DNA of 64,000 bases from Nitrospirota bacterium (lineage in GTDB: Bacteria; Nitrospirota; UBA9217). Below the pieces are notes generated by a model. The model did not search any database. It saw nothing but the letters and a program-made list of their open reading frames with translations, and was not told the origin of the DNA. The translations under genes were made by a program, and so were the position numbers. This document shows, in pieces, positions 30,451-41,269 of this stretch (positions are counted from its first letter, which is position 1; every line of letters starts with the position of its first letter). Location of the stretch: NCBI GenBank assembly GCA_963749655.1, contig CAVVOB010000012.1, forward strand, positions 96,001 to 160,000, in the 5' to 3' direction.

Positions 30451-31480
30451 ATGTTTATCTATATCGATGAGTCAGGCAGCTTTTCCTATCCAAAAGAAAG
30501 AAAACATTCTTATGCCTGCGCAGGCGCTCTGACTATACCCGAACGACGACATGGCACGGTTTTGAAGAGTTTTAAAACACTCCGGCGTAAATGGGGCATG
30601 TTGGGACGTGAGGTCAAAGGTCGTGACCTTGATGAATACCAAGTCAATCAGATAATCAATCTTTTAATTAATAATGAGGCTAAGTTCCACGCTTGTGTAG
30701 TAGATTTGCTTCATCATCCTCCAGAGTCTATTGCATGGTTTAAAGATGAGCAGTCGAGAAGACTTCTAGCAAACGTCACTGATAAACACCACCCAAATCT
30801 CGTTCAAGAATTGAAAGACGCTGGCCATAAAATGCGATCTTTATCCGACCAGCTTTTTCTTCAGTTTTGCGTCATGACTGAAGTCGTTAACGCGCAGCTT
30901 CATGATAGCATGATATATTTTGCCTTTAACTCGCCAACCGAATTGGGGAAATTTCGTTGGATTGTTGATCGTAAAGAAAAAGAAAGAACAACGTACGAAG
31001 ATCTTTGGCTGAAACTTCTGACTCCTTTCATTCATGGAAGACAATTTGCAAATGAGTTTGAAAATAAAATTGTGTGCGTCGAAGGTGGTAATTATGAATA
31101 TTGCAAGAGGTTTTTTGGAACTATAGAAAAATGGCCTGAGCACTTGCCAGAGCAATCACCTGGCCTTCGCGAAAAGACGAATATCCCAACGACTGATCTT
31201 AGGCTTATTCTTAAAGAGTCATTTACATTGAAAGACTCGGCAGATGTGGATGGACTTCAGCTTGCAGATATCGTAACCAATTCTCTCCGACGTGCCATAG
31301 TTGGCAATCTTCAAGAACATGGTTGGAAGGATCTTCGGGAAACTCTTGTTTAGATGGAAAAACAGGTCTGTTCGCCTTGTACGATTTGCACCTGAATCAG
31401 AAGGCTCTTTAAAAATTGAAGACGATTTAGTTGCCAACGTAATTAATTCGCTGACTCGCAAAGCTGGCACGGTAATTTAA
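30451..31480 (+). CDS. DUF3800-family protein; 1-nt frameshift near 31337, corrected end 31480
   Basis: N-terminal IYIDESG, EVKG and C-terminal DS....LQLADIV motifs. Removing one base gives GWKDLGKLLFRW...GTVI*. Confidence 0.8.
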
Positions 31481-31490
31481 ACTTTAATAA

Positions 31491-32672
31491 ATGAATCGCA
31501 ACCCTACATATAGGCGGCCAAAATGGCTTGAGAAGCTCGATCCCAAATTTAACACGCTATCATTCCATCTTCAGCATCCCGAAATAGATCCGGATATCTA
31601 TATACGATCGCAGCATGTCGCCCTAGGAGATATGGTGCTAAAGAAGCGGAGAATTTATCTCGACCAGAAATACTGGATATATTGCCGAGATGTAATACGA
31701 GGAAAACCGCAGCATCCACTTCACCCTGAAATCTATAAGCTTCTGAGTAACGCAGTCAAGGCAGGCGAGGCTGTATGCCCTGCAAGTCACTTAGTCTTGG
31801 AAGAAACGCTAAAACAGGAGGATTCTGAATCGCGTTACTTAACAGCAACAGTTGTTCAGGAATTAAGTACTGGAATATCTCTACAAGCATATCCTGTGCT
31901 GTCTCAGGCGGAAATCCTTCATTTTTTAATAACAACACGTCCCTATCCAGTAAATGCGTATCCTTGTGAGCAGCTGGCATGGACACATATTGGCAATGTA
32001 TTCGGACACATCTCGCCCATCTCTACCGGCTTTGATGCAAATACAGAGAAGGCAATTCGCAAGTCGTGGTTCGATTTAATGGGCGGTATTCAACTGCCCA
32101 CATTAACGGAATCGCTGTATCCTCTACCACCTGAAATTTCAGGATTATATTCGAACCGCTATTATGATGAGCAGAATCAGCAATGTCGAAAACATGCCAA
32201 TGATTTTTCTTCTTTCACTGACGTCTTTCTCGTAGAAATTTCCGGTGCTTTAGATGTTTTTCAAGATGAACTCGCCGAGGCTCAAAAATACTTATTCCAA
32301 AAGCACCTTGGCCAAAAAGATATTATCGTTCCTGAGGCTCAGTTGGCCGAGGGGACAAGGCAACTCTCCAACCTCATCTATCATGCCTTTAGGCTCGACA
32401 AGATCAGAGGTCAGCTTCCTGGCCTACGAATCATGGCTGGTCTCCATGCTGCGATTCGTTACAAGCATCAAAAACACGGGAAAGGGGATCGACATGACCA
32501 TCTCCATGCAAGAGTCGCATTACCCTACTGCAATCTTTTTCTGACTGAAAAAACACTTGGTCATCTTTTATGTGATAGACCACTTGAATATGATAAGCTC
32601 TACGGATGTCGCGTTGTATGGGATCCCGTACAAGTACTTGATGCCCTTACCGATATACTCAAACCAATTTAG
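31491..32672 (+). CDS. Hypothetical protein with PIN-like acidic motifs
   Basis: RIYLDQKYWI, HLVLEE and GDRHDHLH...LPYCNLFLTE motifs; starts 10 nt after the corrected DUF3800 stop. Confidence 0.7.
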   Translation: MNRNPTYRRPKWLEKLDPKFNTLSFHLQHPEIDPDIYIRSQHVALGDMVLKKRRIYLDQKYWIYCRDVIRGKPQHPLHPEIYKLLSNAVKAGEAVCPASHLVLEETLKQEDSESRYLTATVVQELSTGISLQAYPVLSQAEILHFLITTRPYPVNAYPCEQLAWTHIGNVFGHISPISTGFDANTEKAIRKSWFDLMGGIQLPTLTESLYPLPPEISGLYSNRYYDEQNQQCRKHANDFSSFTDVFLVEISGALDVFQDELAEAQKYLFQKHLGQKDIIVPEAQLAEGTRQLSNLIYHAFRLDKIRGQLPGLRIMAGLHAAIRYKHQKHGKGDRHDHLHARVALPYCNLFLTEKTLGHLLCDRPLEYDKLYGCRVVWDPVQVLDALTDILKPI

Positions 32673-32682
32673 AAGGCACATA

Positions 32683-32730
32683 TTTTAACCAGCGCGTACA
32701 GCCGCCACGCGGCTCACACGCGCGTTCATG
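32683..32730 (+). other. attC-like site
   Basis: TTTTAAC-cagcgcgt-acagccg-ccacg-cggct-cacacgcgc-GTT hairpin just after the stop codon. Confidence 0.5.
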
Positions 32731-32759
32731 TGCATGTTACAACCCCATTTTTGATAATT

Positions 32760-34558
32760 GTTTCAGCATGCCGCAATTGCACAGTTGTTATATATGGATA
32801 GAGCATGAGGTTATATTTCCCCATTAAAGTATAGAGAAAATTTTCTTCAAGACTATCCAAAATAGAAACCTCCTGCTAAGAATTAGTTTATGACGGAACT
32901 AAATTCAAGAGACAGGAGGCTTCTATGAACTGTATAGATGATATCAGACTTGAGCAGTTTCGGCAACTGAAGAAAGAAATTCGTGGTTCGGAAGAGTATT
33001 TGATTGTTGGGATTGATGTGGCGAAAGAAAAGCACAGTGCTTTTTTTGGTACTGCGCAAGGCAAGACGCTTTTAAAGAATGTGGTCTTTGACAACACGAT
33101 TGAAGGATTCGAAAAGCTGATGCGTATGTCGAGCGCGATCAAGGTTCAATACAGCCTGCCGGAAGTCGTTTTCGGGATCGAGCCGACGGCAGACTACCAC
33201 AAGCCCCTGGCGGAGCATCTGCTCAAATGCGGTCTGATGGTCGTTTTTGTTGGCGGCACAGCAGTAAAGAACAACCGGCAGCTTCTGAACGGCCGGTGGG
33301 ATAAAAACGACGACAAGGATTCGGCCAATATCGCAGATCTCATCGCACAGGGGAAATGCATGTTTTACGAATATCCCCTGATGACACTGCGGAACGTGCG
33401 CATACTTAACGCACTCAAACGGCGACTGAAGAAACGGGAACACGGCATAAGCGCGTATATTCGCAATCATATCCTTGCACAGTATTTCCCGGAGCTGGAT
33501 AAGTACTATGGATCGTCGGAGACCCTGGCGGTGGTGCGGGAATGTCTCGATCCTTCCGCTATCGCCGGCATGGAATACGATGACTTCTGCCGTACCGTAG
33601 CACCAGGCAAAATGACGCTGGCTCGGGAACGCAGGGTGGGAACGATCTGGAGGACCGCGGTCGATTCCGTCGGCTGCACCATGGGAGAAGCGGCTCTTCC
33701 ATGAAGCTCAGATTCATGGTGGACAGTCTGAAGCAGATTAGGCAGGACGATCAAAGCGGTGGAGGAAAAACTTGAAGATGCCTGTCATGGAGTTTCCGGA
33801 GTACACGTACCTGCTGAGCATTCCGGGGTTCGGACCGGATGTCTCCTCCAAGGTCCTCGGGGCCATCGGCGATCCCCACCGATTTACAAGCGGCAAACAG
33901 GTTTTGAAAATGGCGGGCCTCGACCTGTGCGCGGATCGAAGCGGAAAGACGTCAAACAGCGCAACACCGATCATCTCCAAGCAAGGCAAGGCCGATCTGC
34001 GGTACGGCGTTATACCAGGCAGCGTTTATCGCCTCGCTTAAGAACAAGGACTTTATCGCCTACTTTACGAACAAGCTCAACGGACGGGCGAAGGAGAAAG
34101 GGATTGGCACAAAGATGCGGGTCAAGCTGGCCGCGAAGCTCTTGGTTATCGCCTGGACGCTGATGAAAAAGAAAGAATGCTTTGATCCAAAATACCTCAA
34201 GCAGGAAAAGCGGGTAGAACAAAAGAGCGGCATGATCCGTGAAGCAAAAAATTATTTCGGCGAGAGAGCCCGGGCTCACAACGTTGAGGGCAGTTGACCT
34301 CGTCACCTACAATACAGGGCCTCTCGTTTGAACGATAGAATCTGGATAAGGTATTCTTGGCGGCCATACGGCACGCCGAATAGGTGCATAACGATTAGAG
34401 ATATCGTTCGTCTGGATGCGAGAGACTCGTCGATAAAAGCGATGACGGCGTGAATGCCGAAAGAGAGAGGTGTGTTTTTTAATATACTGATCAAGTTATC
34501 CTGTTGAATAAAAACAAATTGAATCTTATTCTTGACAGGAACGTTATAGTATGTAGGT
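32760..34558 (+). mobile_element. IS110-family element (boundaries approximate); transposase at 32925-34297 is frameshifted
   Basis: IVGIDVAK, GIEPT and KNDDKDSANIAD (DEDD RuvC-like domain); SIPGFGP, AGLDL...SGK and ISKQG (Transposase_20); long non-coding ends. Confidence 0.88.
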
Positions 34559-34702
34559 GTAACCCTCTTAGGGGACATCTTAGTGCCTGGTCTTTAATGT
34601 TTGTCTGACCTTTTTTTCTGCATTTCACAGCATCCCGACTGGAACAACTTCATTCAGCTGATGATCTTGCCGGAAACACTGAACGCGTCGTCTCCGGTGT
34701 AG
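34559..34702 (+). repeat. Right-boundary repeat R2, copy a
   Basis: gtaaccctcttaggg-acatcttagtgcc-ggtctttaatg...tgcatttcac...gctgatgatcttgccggaaac...gtctccgg also occurs at 35643, 47036 and 49274. Confidence 0.88.
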
Positions 34703-34940
34703 CCGGCAGGTTGGGCAAAACGCCTCATCTTGCCCAACAGAATTCAAAAGATGTTGGGCTGTGATGCGTAGCCTAACCTACAAACTACAATATACGTCAC
34801 CAGTTACCTGGTCAAGGTAATACGAAATCGGCAACACGGCATATCGAATAGATAATAAAATATTTATGATACAGTCGCACCGTTTTTCGCATACACGTTT
34901 TCGTGTTTCTGATGTATAATGCAGCATAAAGGACGAAAAA

Positions 34941-35213
34941 ATGGAATTCGAGTGGGACCCCAAAAAATCGGAGTTGAATCGAAAGAAGCACGGTATCTCT
35001 TTTCACGACGCGGCAAGGGTATTCTCTGATCCACTCGCGATAACATTTCCCGATCCGGATCATTCGCAGAGCGAACATAGGTTCCTAACTTTCGGCCATT
35101 CCAAGGGGAACCTTTTGCTCGTCGTCGTACACACTGACCGGAATGGTAAAACCAGAATAATCAGCGCGAGGCGAGCTACGCGATATGAAAGGACAATATA
35201 TGAAAACGGCTAA
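34941..35213 (+). CDS. brnT: BrnT-family toxin
   Basis: MEFEWDPKK...N..KHGISF, HSQSEHRF and RIISARRAT motifs. Confidence 0.92.
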   Translation: MEFEWDPKKSELNRKKHGISFHDAARVFSDPLAITFPDPDHSQSEHRFLTFGHSKGNLLLVVVHTDRNGKTRIISARRATRYERTIYENG

Positions 35214-35454
35214 AAAAGAGGACATGCGGAAAGAATACCGAAGGGAAGACCTCGGAGTCGGTGTCCGTGGTAAATACTATAAAGAATATAGTAAAGGTAC
35301 AAATCTCGTTCTCCTGAGCCCAGATGTGGCCGCAGCCTTTCCTGATGAAGATTCTGTAAATACTGCATTACGGAATCTTGTGAAGCTGGCGAAACTATCC
35401 GTTGTCCCAACCCGACGTTCTGTACGTCCTCTCAAAAAACAGGCTGCCAGATAG
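35200..35454 (+). CDS. Cognate antitoxin (BrnA-like)
   Basis: Overlaps the toxin stop; MRKEY...GVRGKY...VLLSPDVAAAFPD..SVN.ALR. Confidence 0.85.
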   Translation: MKTAKKEDMRKEYRREDLGVGVRGKYYKEYSKGTNLVLLSPDVAAAFPDEDSVNTALRNLVKLAKLSVVPTRRSVRPLKKQAAR

Positions 35455-35503
35455 CTTCGGATAACAATATTCTTTTAGCCCCACGGTGCACGAATCTCAC
35501 TGA

Positions 35504-35572
35504 TCCCAACTAACGGCTCGACACCCTCCGGGCGATAAACCCGCCCGGGCGGGTCAGCCGTGCTTCACGTGC
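35504..35572 (+). other. Degenerate attC-like hairpin downstream of the TA module
   Basis: CCCAAC-taacggctcgacacc...gggcgataaacccgcccg...gggtcagccg. Confidence 0.4.
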
Positions 35573-35642
35573 ATATTTGTACGGGCACGCCACATCTTTT
35601 AATGGCAGATCACCAGTGCGATGTAGTTGGTTTAGCCTCGTA

Positions 35643-36067
35643 GGGGTCATCTTAGTGCCCGGTCTTTAATGGTTATCCCGCGCCTTGGCATCCCCCGGCT
35701 CCTGCCGGGGGTGGAAAGCGCTCACTCGCGCGTGACACGAACGTGTCACGCATGCGCGAGTTCGCAGTTCCGGGAGGTCGCGTCAATTTTAGTCCAGACA
35801 GGTCGGGATGCCGGAGGGGGCTCCACTCTTTCCTTTTTCTTTTGCATTTCACATCACCCCGGCTGGAACAGCTTCGTTCTGCTGATGATCTTGTCGGAAA
35901 TGATGAACACGCCGTCTCCGGTGTAGTGCCTTGTCTCAGGGTGTCCGCGTTGTGTCTTAAGTCATCAAAAACACTTCAAACGCTCTCCGCTTTATACCTT
36001 CATAACTACAATAGTTTTGAGAAAATCTATTAGCTCCCCTATTAATGAAATACAATTCCTTGGCAAA
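35643..36067 (+). repeat. Repeat R2, copy b (extended), with R1 copy 3 inserted at 35675-35827
   Basis: R2 sequence is interrupted by R1; the distal part matches 49420-49557. Confidence 0.88.
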
Positions 36068-36379
36068 GGCTCAAGAGTACAACCTTCAGAAAAATCGCAA
36101 AGAAGCGTATTGGGCAGACCGGTATCATGCCACAGCGATCGCCGACCCCGGGATGACAGAATGGTGATTGAAAAAAGCCGCACAGCATGTCATAATGGCG
36201 AATAATAAAATCGTAACTGCTCAGTTCAAGACATTATCCGCTGATTACGACGTATTCACGGGTTGAATCGGAGCTCTCTATGCTTTATAATCTGCGCTTG
36301 TCGGCGAAATCTGCGGACAAAAGGTTTCCCTTCAGGGTTCAGATATTCTGAATAGTTACAAAAAATCGAGGTCAACCAT

Positions 36380-37573
36380 ATGCCCCAGTATCGCATCAGA
36401 AAGATGAACAGCATCGCCCAGGAAGGGCTTTCACTGCTGGGCCCCGAATATTCAGTTCGCGACGATGAGCAGGACCCAGAAGGCATCCTGGTCCGGAGCG
36501 CGCAGATCGACACGGACCGCTACGCATCGCTTTTGGCCGTGGCCCGGGCCGGCGCAGGGGTCAATACGATTACCGTGGACAAAGCCACTGCGAAGGGAAT
36601 CTGTGTTTTCAACACTCCCGGGGCCAATGCCAATGCCGTGGCGGAGCTCGTCTTCGTCATGCTGGGAATCAGCGCGCGCAACATCCACCTTGCGATAAAC
36701 TTCTGCAGCGACCTTGCCGGGATGAGCGATACGAAGATCACCGAGCAGATCGAGGCGAAAAAGTCGGCCTTTCGCGGCTTCGAGCTTGCGGGCAAGACCC
36801 TGGGTGTGCTGGGACTCGGCAAGATCGGCGTGCGCGTGGCGAACGGAGGGATACAGCGGCAGATGCGGGTCATCGGCTTTGATCCTTCGCCGGCCCTGGA
36901 GAACATACATCAGCTTTCGCCTGAAGTAATTCTTGCAAAGAACTGGAAGGACGTCGTGAAACAGGTAAGTGTCCTTTCCCTGCACATGCCGTTCAGCGAG
37001 AAGCTGCGGCATTTTATCGACGCCGACGTGTTGAAACTGCTGCCCCCGGGCGCCATCCTGGTCAATTATGCGAGGGGATCGCTGGTCGATCTGGCCGCCG
37101 TGCTCCAGGCCCTGGACAGCGGACGGCTTGCCGCGTACGTCACCGACTTTCCCGCGGCCGCGTTGCTGAGCAATCCCAAGGTCATCGTCTCGCCCCATCT
37201 CGGCGCCAGCACCGAAGAATCCGAGGAGCTCTGCGCGACCATGGCCGTGCAGGAACTCAAGGACTACCTCGAATACGGCACGGTCACGAACAGCGTAAAT
37301 TTTCCGATTGTCGAGTCTGTCCCGTCCGACGAAGTCCATACGCGCCTGATCATGATCAATCGCGACGTGCCCGGCATGATAGGCTTCGCTTCCCAGACGA
37401 TCGGCGCCCGAGGCATCAACATCTCCAGCTACCTGAATGCGAGCAATGGATCCGTCGGATATAACATCATCGATCTGGAGGCGCCGATCCCCGACAGCGT
37501 GGTCCGGGAGATAGCTGCCCATGAAGGCGTTATCCGCACCCGCACGATCCTCTTTGCAAAGAGAAACAAATAA
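36380..37573 (+). CDS. serA: D-3-phosphoglycerate dehydrogenase-like D-2-hydroxyacid dehydrogenase with ACT domain
   Basis: RAGAGVN, NTPGANANAVAE, GLGKIG, NYARG, SPHLGAST and C-terminal ACT (NRDVPGM). Confidence 0.85.
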   Translation: MPQYRIRKMNSIAQEGLSLLGPEYSVRDDEQDPEGILVRSAQIDTDRYASLLAVARAGAGVNTITVDKATAKGICVFNTPGANANAVAELVFVMLGISARNIHLAINFCSDLAGMSDTKITEQIEAKKSAFRGFELAGKTLGVLGLGKIGVRVANGGIQRQMRVIGFDPSPALENIHQLSPEVILAKNWKDVVKQVSVLSLHMPFSEKLRHFIDADVLKLLPPGAILVNYARGSLVDLAAVLQALDSGRLAAYVTDFPAAALLSNPKVIVSPHLGASTEESEELCATMAVQELKDYLEYGTVTNSVNFPIVESVPSDEVHTRLIMINRDVPGMIGFASQTIGARGINISSYLNASNGSVGYNIIDLEAPIPDSVVREIAAHEGVIRTRTILFAKRNK

Positions 37574-37897
37574 ACGCAGAATTATGGCCTTGTGATGTTT
37601 GCCTTTTTTGTGTCTTCCGTGACTTTTGCGGCTGAGCTTTTTCCGGCTGGTCCGGGTTAGTTACTAAGGAGTCAAAATCTAGGCAAAATGGCAAGAATAT
37701 TTTCGCGCAAAGCCGCAAAGGCGCCAAGAAAGACGCAAAGAAAGGCTCAGGCTTCTGGTTTTAAACCATAGACTTAAAGGTTTTCTTTGCGCGCTTTCTC
37801 CGTCCCGCATCAGATGAACACAGATATGAAACGGAGCGGGGGCGGCTTTGCGCGAGACGCCTTTTTGTTTCCGGCTTGTCCGGGTTAGGAAATAATT

Positions 37898-38995
37898 ATG
37901 ACTGATGCCAACTTTATCGGAATGCCCCTGCAGGAACTCGATACGCCCGCGCTGGTGATTGATCTGGCAATCATGGAGAAAAATATATCCACGATGGCCG
38001 GGTACTTCGCGGGGGTAGGTGCGAACCTGCGGCCGCATGTAAAAACGCACAAATGCCCGATCATCGCGCATAAACAGCTGCAGGCAGGGGCCAAAGGCAT
38101 TACGTGCTCGAAGCTCGGAGAGGCCGACATCATGGTCCAGGCCGGCATCAGGGACATATTGATCGCGAACGAGATCGTGGGAACGCACAAGATCAAAAGG
38201 CTGGTGGAGCTTGCCCGACAAGCGGAAATCATCGTTGCCGTGGATGACGAAAAGAACATCAGAGACCTCGCCGAAGCCTCCCGCGCCGCAGGGACCAGTC
38301 TTGGCGTGCTGGTCGATGTGAACGTGGGCATGAACCGGTGCGGCGTGGAGCCGGGACAGCAGGCGCTCGATCTTGCCCGGACAGTACAGGGGGAACGCGG
38401 ACTCGTCTTCAAAGGCATCATGGGATACGAGGGCCACGTGGTCGGTCTGACGGACACCGGGGAGCGGACCCGAAAGGGCCGTGAATCCATGAAGCTGCTG
38501 GTTGAGACAAAGGGCCTGATCGAGAAATCCGGTCTTGCCGTGCAAGTCGTGAGCAGCGGAGGAACGGGAACGTACAACATCTCCGGCCCCTATCCCGGCG
38601 TGACCGAGATCCAGGCAGGTTCGTATATCTTCATGGACGCACACTACCGGGAAACGGGTATCGATTTCGGATGCGCCCTCACTCTGCTTGCCACGGTGGT
38701 AAGCCTCCACCTTCCGGACAGGATCATAACGGACGCAGGCATAAAAACGATCACCGCGGAGTTCGGCCTGCCGAAGGTAAAAGGCCTGGAGGAGCTTGAG
38801 GTGATCGGTCTGAATGAGGAACACGGGAAGCTCCGCACCAAAACCGGGATAAGCCCGGTGAAGATCGGCGACAAGATCGAGCTTATACCGGGGCATGGGT
38901 GCACGACCATAAATCTGCATGACCGGTACTACGCTGTCCGAAACGGAAAGGTTGAAGCAGTGTTCCCGATACTGGCGCGCGGCAAGAGCGCGTGA
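37898..38995 (+). CDS. DSD1-family PLP enzyme (D-threonine aldolase / D-serine dehydratase / hydroxyaspartate aldolase-like)
   Basis: LDTPAL, LRPHVKTHK, GYEGH, GGTGT, EIQAGSY, NEEHG and PGHGCTT motifs. Confidence 0.9.
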   Translation: MTDANFIGMPLQELDTPALVIDLAIMEKNISTMAGYFAGVGANLRPHVKTHKCPIIAHKQLQAGAKGITCSKLGEADIMVQAGIRDILIANEIVGTHKIKRLVELARQAEIIVAVDDEKNIRDLAEASRAAGTSLGVLVDVNVGMNRCGVEPGQQALDLARTVQGERGLVFKGIMGYEGHVVGLTDTGERTRKGRESMKLLVETKGLIEKSGLAVQVVSSGGTGTYNISGPYPGVTEIQAGSYIFMDAHYRETGIDFGCALTLLATVVSLHLPDRIITDAGIKTITAEFGLPKVKGLEELEVIGLNEEHGKLRTKTGISPVKIGDKIELIPGHGCTTINLHDRYYAVRNGKVEAVFPILARGKSA

Positions 38996-39114
38996 CGTGT
39001 GAGTGCGGATACCGCTGAGGCAAACTGGCCCCACTCCTTATACGAGACAGGAGAACGGGCTCTGCCGGACAAGCTCCTGCGTAGAGGCTTGTCCGGGTTA
39101 GGAGATACAATCAT

Positions 39115-40281
39115 ATGATCCGACGACAGTATTTACAGGTGCCCGGACCCACGAATATCCCCGACCGCATTCTCCGTTGCATGTCCCAGCCTTTGATTAA
39201 TCACCGCGGGCCCGAGTTCGAGCAACTGCTCGCGGGGAACCTCCAGGGCCTGAAGAAGGTCTTCCGCACGCAGAACGACATCCTCATGTTTCCCGGCTCG
39301 GGAAGCGGAATGATGGAATCGGCCGTCGTTAACCTGTTCTCCCCCGGCGATACGGTACTAGCCGGCTCCATGGGGCTTTTCGGCGAACGCATGGCAACGA
39401 TCGCGGAGAGTCACGGCGTCAAGGTCATACGGATCAGCAAGGAATGGGGCCGGGCCGTTCACGCTGACGACGTCGGGAAAGTTCTCGAAAACGACAGAGA
39501 AAAGAAGATCAAGGCCGTCTGCATGCCCCACAATGAAACATCCACCGGCATCTCGCAGGACCTCGAAAGCATATCACGGATGATCAAAACCCTCGGGCAT
39601 CCGGCCGTCTTCGTTGTCGACGCCATCAGCAGTCTGGCATGCACGCCGCTTGAGACCGACCAATGGGGCATTGATGTCGTGATTTCCGCGACTCAAAAAG
39701 GTCTGATGTTGCCGCCGGGACTCGGCTTCGTGTCCGTCAGTCCACGGGCATGGGAGCTCTGCGGACGATCCACCATGCCGAAATGGTACTGGGACTACAA
39801 AGCGGTAAAGGAAAAAAACAAGGGGCATCAGTTTCCCTACACTCCGCCGACCACGCTGTTCTTCGGCCTCAGGGAATCTCTTGCTATCATCTTGAACGAG
39901 GAAGGACTGGAACAGGTCTGGCGGAGACATGCAGACATCGCTGTCGCTGTCCGCAGCGCCGTTACAGCCATGGGTCTTAGCCTGCTCGCCGAGCAGGGAC
40001 ATGAATCCGATACGGTGACGGCGATCGCCATGCCGGACGGAATTGCCTACCAGGCCCTGGCGGAACTGCTGCGCACCCGCTATCAAGTCGTCATTGGAGA
40101 AGGACTCCAGAAACTCCAGGGAAAGATATTCCGCATCGGGCACATGGGTGCGATCCACGTCCCCGAGATCTTTGCCATCATGTGCGCTGTTGAACTGGCG
40201 CTGATCGAGAAGGGGTGGAAAATTCAACCCGGCACGGCTGCGCGGGCAATAGCAGAAATCCATCTCAGCCGGTCCTCGTGA
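39115..40281 (+). CDS. Class V aminotransferase (alanine/serine-glyoxylate type)
   Basis: PGPT, HRGPEF, HNETSTG, VDAISS, ATQKGLMLPPGL and FRIGHMG motifs. Confidence 0.9.
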   Translation: MIRRQYLQVPGPTNIPDRILRCMSQPLINHRGPEFEQLLAGNLQGLKKVFRTQNDILMFPGSGSGMMESAVVNLFSPGDTVLAGSMGLFGERMATIAESHGVKVIRISKEWGRAVHADDVGKVLENDREKKIKAVCMPHNETSTGISQDLESISRMIKTLGHPAVFVVDAISSLACTPLETDQWGIDVVISATQKGLMLPPGLGFVSVSPRAWELCGRSTMPKWYWDYKAVKEKNKGHQFPYTPPTTLFFGLRESLAIILNEEGLEQVWRRHADIAVAVRSAVTAMGLSLLAEQGHESDTVTAIAMPDGIAYQALAELLRTRYQVVIGEGLQKLQGKIFRIGHMGAIHVPEIFAIMCAVELALIEKGWKIQPGTAARAIAEIHLSRSS

Positions 40282-40450
40282 CCGGTGCCGCAATCAGGGT
40301 GTTTTCGCGGAGTGTTCGATGTCAGTCGTAGTGAAGATTTAACTTTCTGTTTCATCCGTGTTTATCCGTGTTCATCTGTGGTTAACTGCTTTTTTCAGGA
40401 TGAATGCTCCGGCAACCGCACCGTGAACCGCCGTATCAGAGGAAGGGCCC

Positions 40451-41269
40451 GTGCGAATAGACCATACAAAGTGCGTGGCATGCGCCAACTGCGTCCCCGT
40501 CTGTCCCATGGGCGCCATCTCAATAGATATCGGGAAGAACCGCGCTGTCGTCAATGAGGAGGAGTGCGTCGAGTGCTACGCGTGCCATCGGGGAATGAGC
40601 AAGGAGCGCTTGAACCCGACTCTCGTCCGCGCTTTCCGGGGGTTCATGAAACTCCTGCGTCTCCGGTTCGAACCCGAACCCGATGTCTGTCCCACGGACG
40701 CCATCGTTCCGCAGGAGCTTGTCTGGCCCCGCATTGTCCGGCGCGCTTTCAGTGATCCGCAGGTGCCCCATGAGTCCACCGGGGTCCACGGACGCGGCAC
40801 GGAGGAGGTCAAGACCAATGATGTGACCGGCCGGGTGAAGGAAGGCGAGGTTGGTTTCACCATCGAGTTCGGCCGGCCCGGTGTCGGGGTCCGTTTTCGG
40901 GATATCCAAACCCTGACGAGGGCCATTGCTGTGCTGCCGATTTCCTTCGAAAGAAAGAACCCGATATATTCCCTCATGAGCGATCCGGCCGGCGGCGCAA
41001 TCCGCGAGGACATCCTGGACGAAAAGGTTTTATCCGCCATCCTGGAACTCAAGACCACACTTGAGCATGCGCCGCTCGTCCTGCGGGTCGTGGAGAAGAC
41101 AGCGCCGGAGCTGAACACCATCGTGAGCGTCGGCGCGGCAACGCGCTGTGACGACGTCGGCGATGATCAACTGGAACCCCTGCTCAAACGCGAGGGGTAC
41201 GCGGTCTATCGCGGCAAAACCAACCTGGGGCTCGGACGGCGGACCCGAAAAGGAGACGGTAATTTATGA
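40451..41269 (+). CDS. 4Fe-4S dicluster-containing uncharacterized protein
   Basis: CVACANCVPVCP and CVECYAC...VCPTDA motifs; GRGTEEVKTNDVTGR; GTG start. Confidence 0.85.
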   Translation: MRIDHTKCVACANCVPVCPMGAISIDIGKNRAVVNEEECVECYACHRGMSKERLNPTLVRAFRGFMKLLRLRFEPEPDVCPTDAIVPQELVWPRIVRRAFSDPQVPHESTGVHGRGTEEVKTNDVTGRVKEGEVGFTIEFGRPGVGVRFRDIQTLTRAIAVLPISFERKNPIYSLMSDPAGGAIREDILDEKVLSAILELKTTLEHAPLVLRVVEKTAPELNTIVSVGAATRCDDVGDDQLEPLLKREGYAVYRGKTNLGLGRRTRKGDGNL

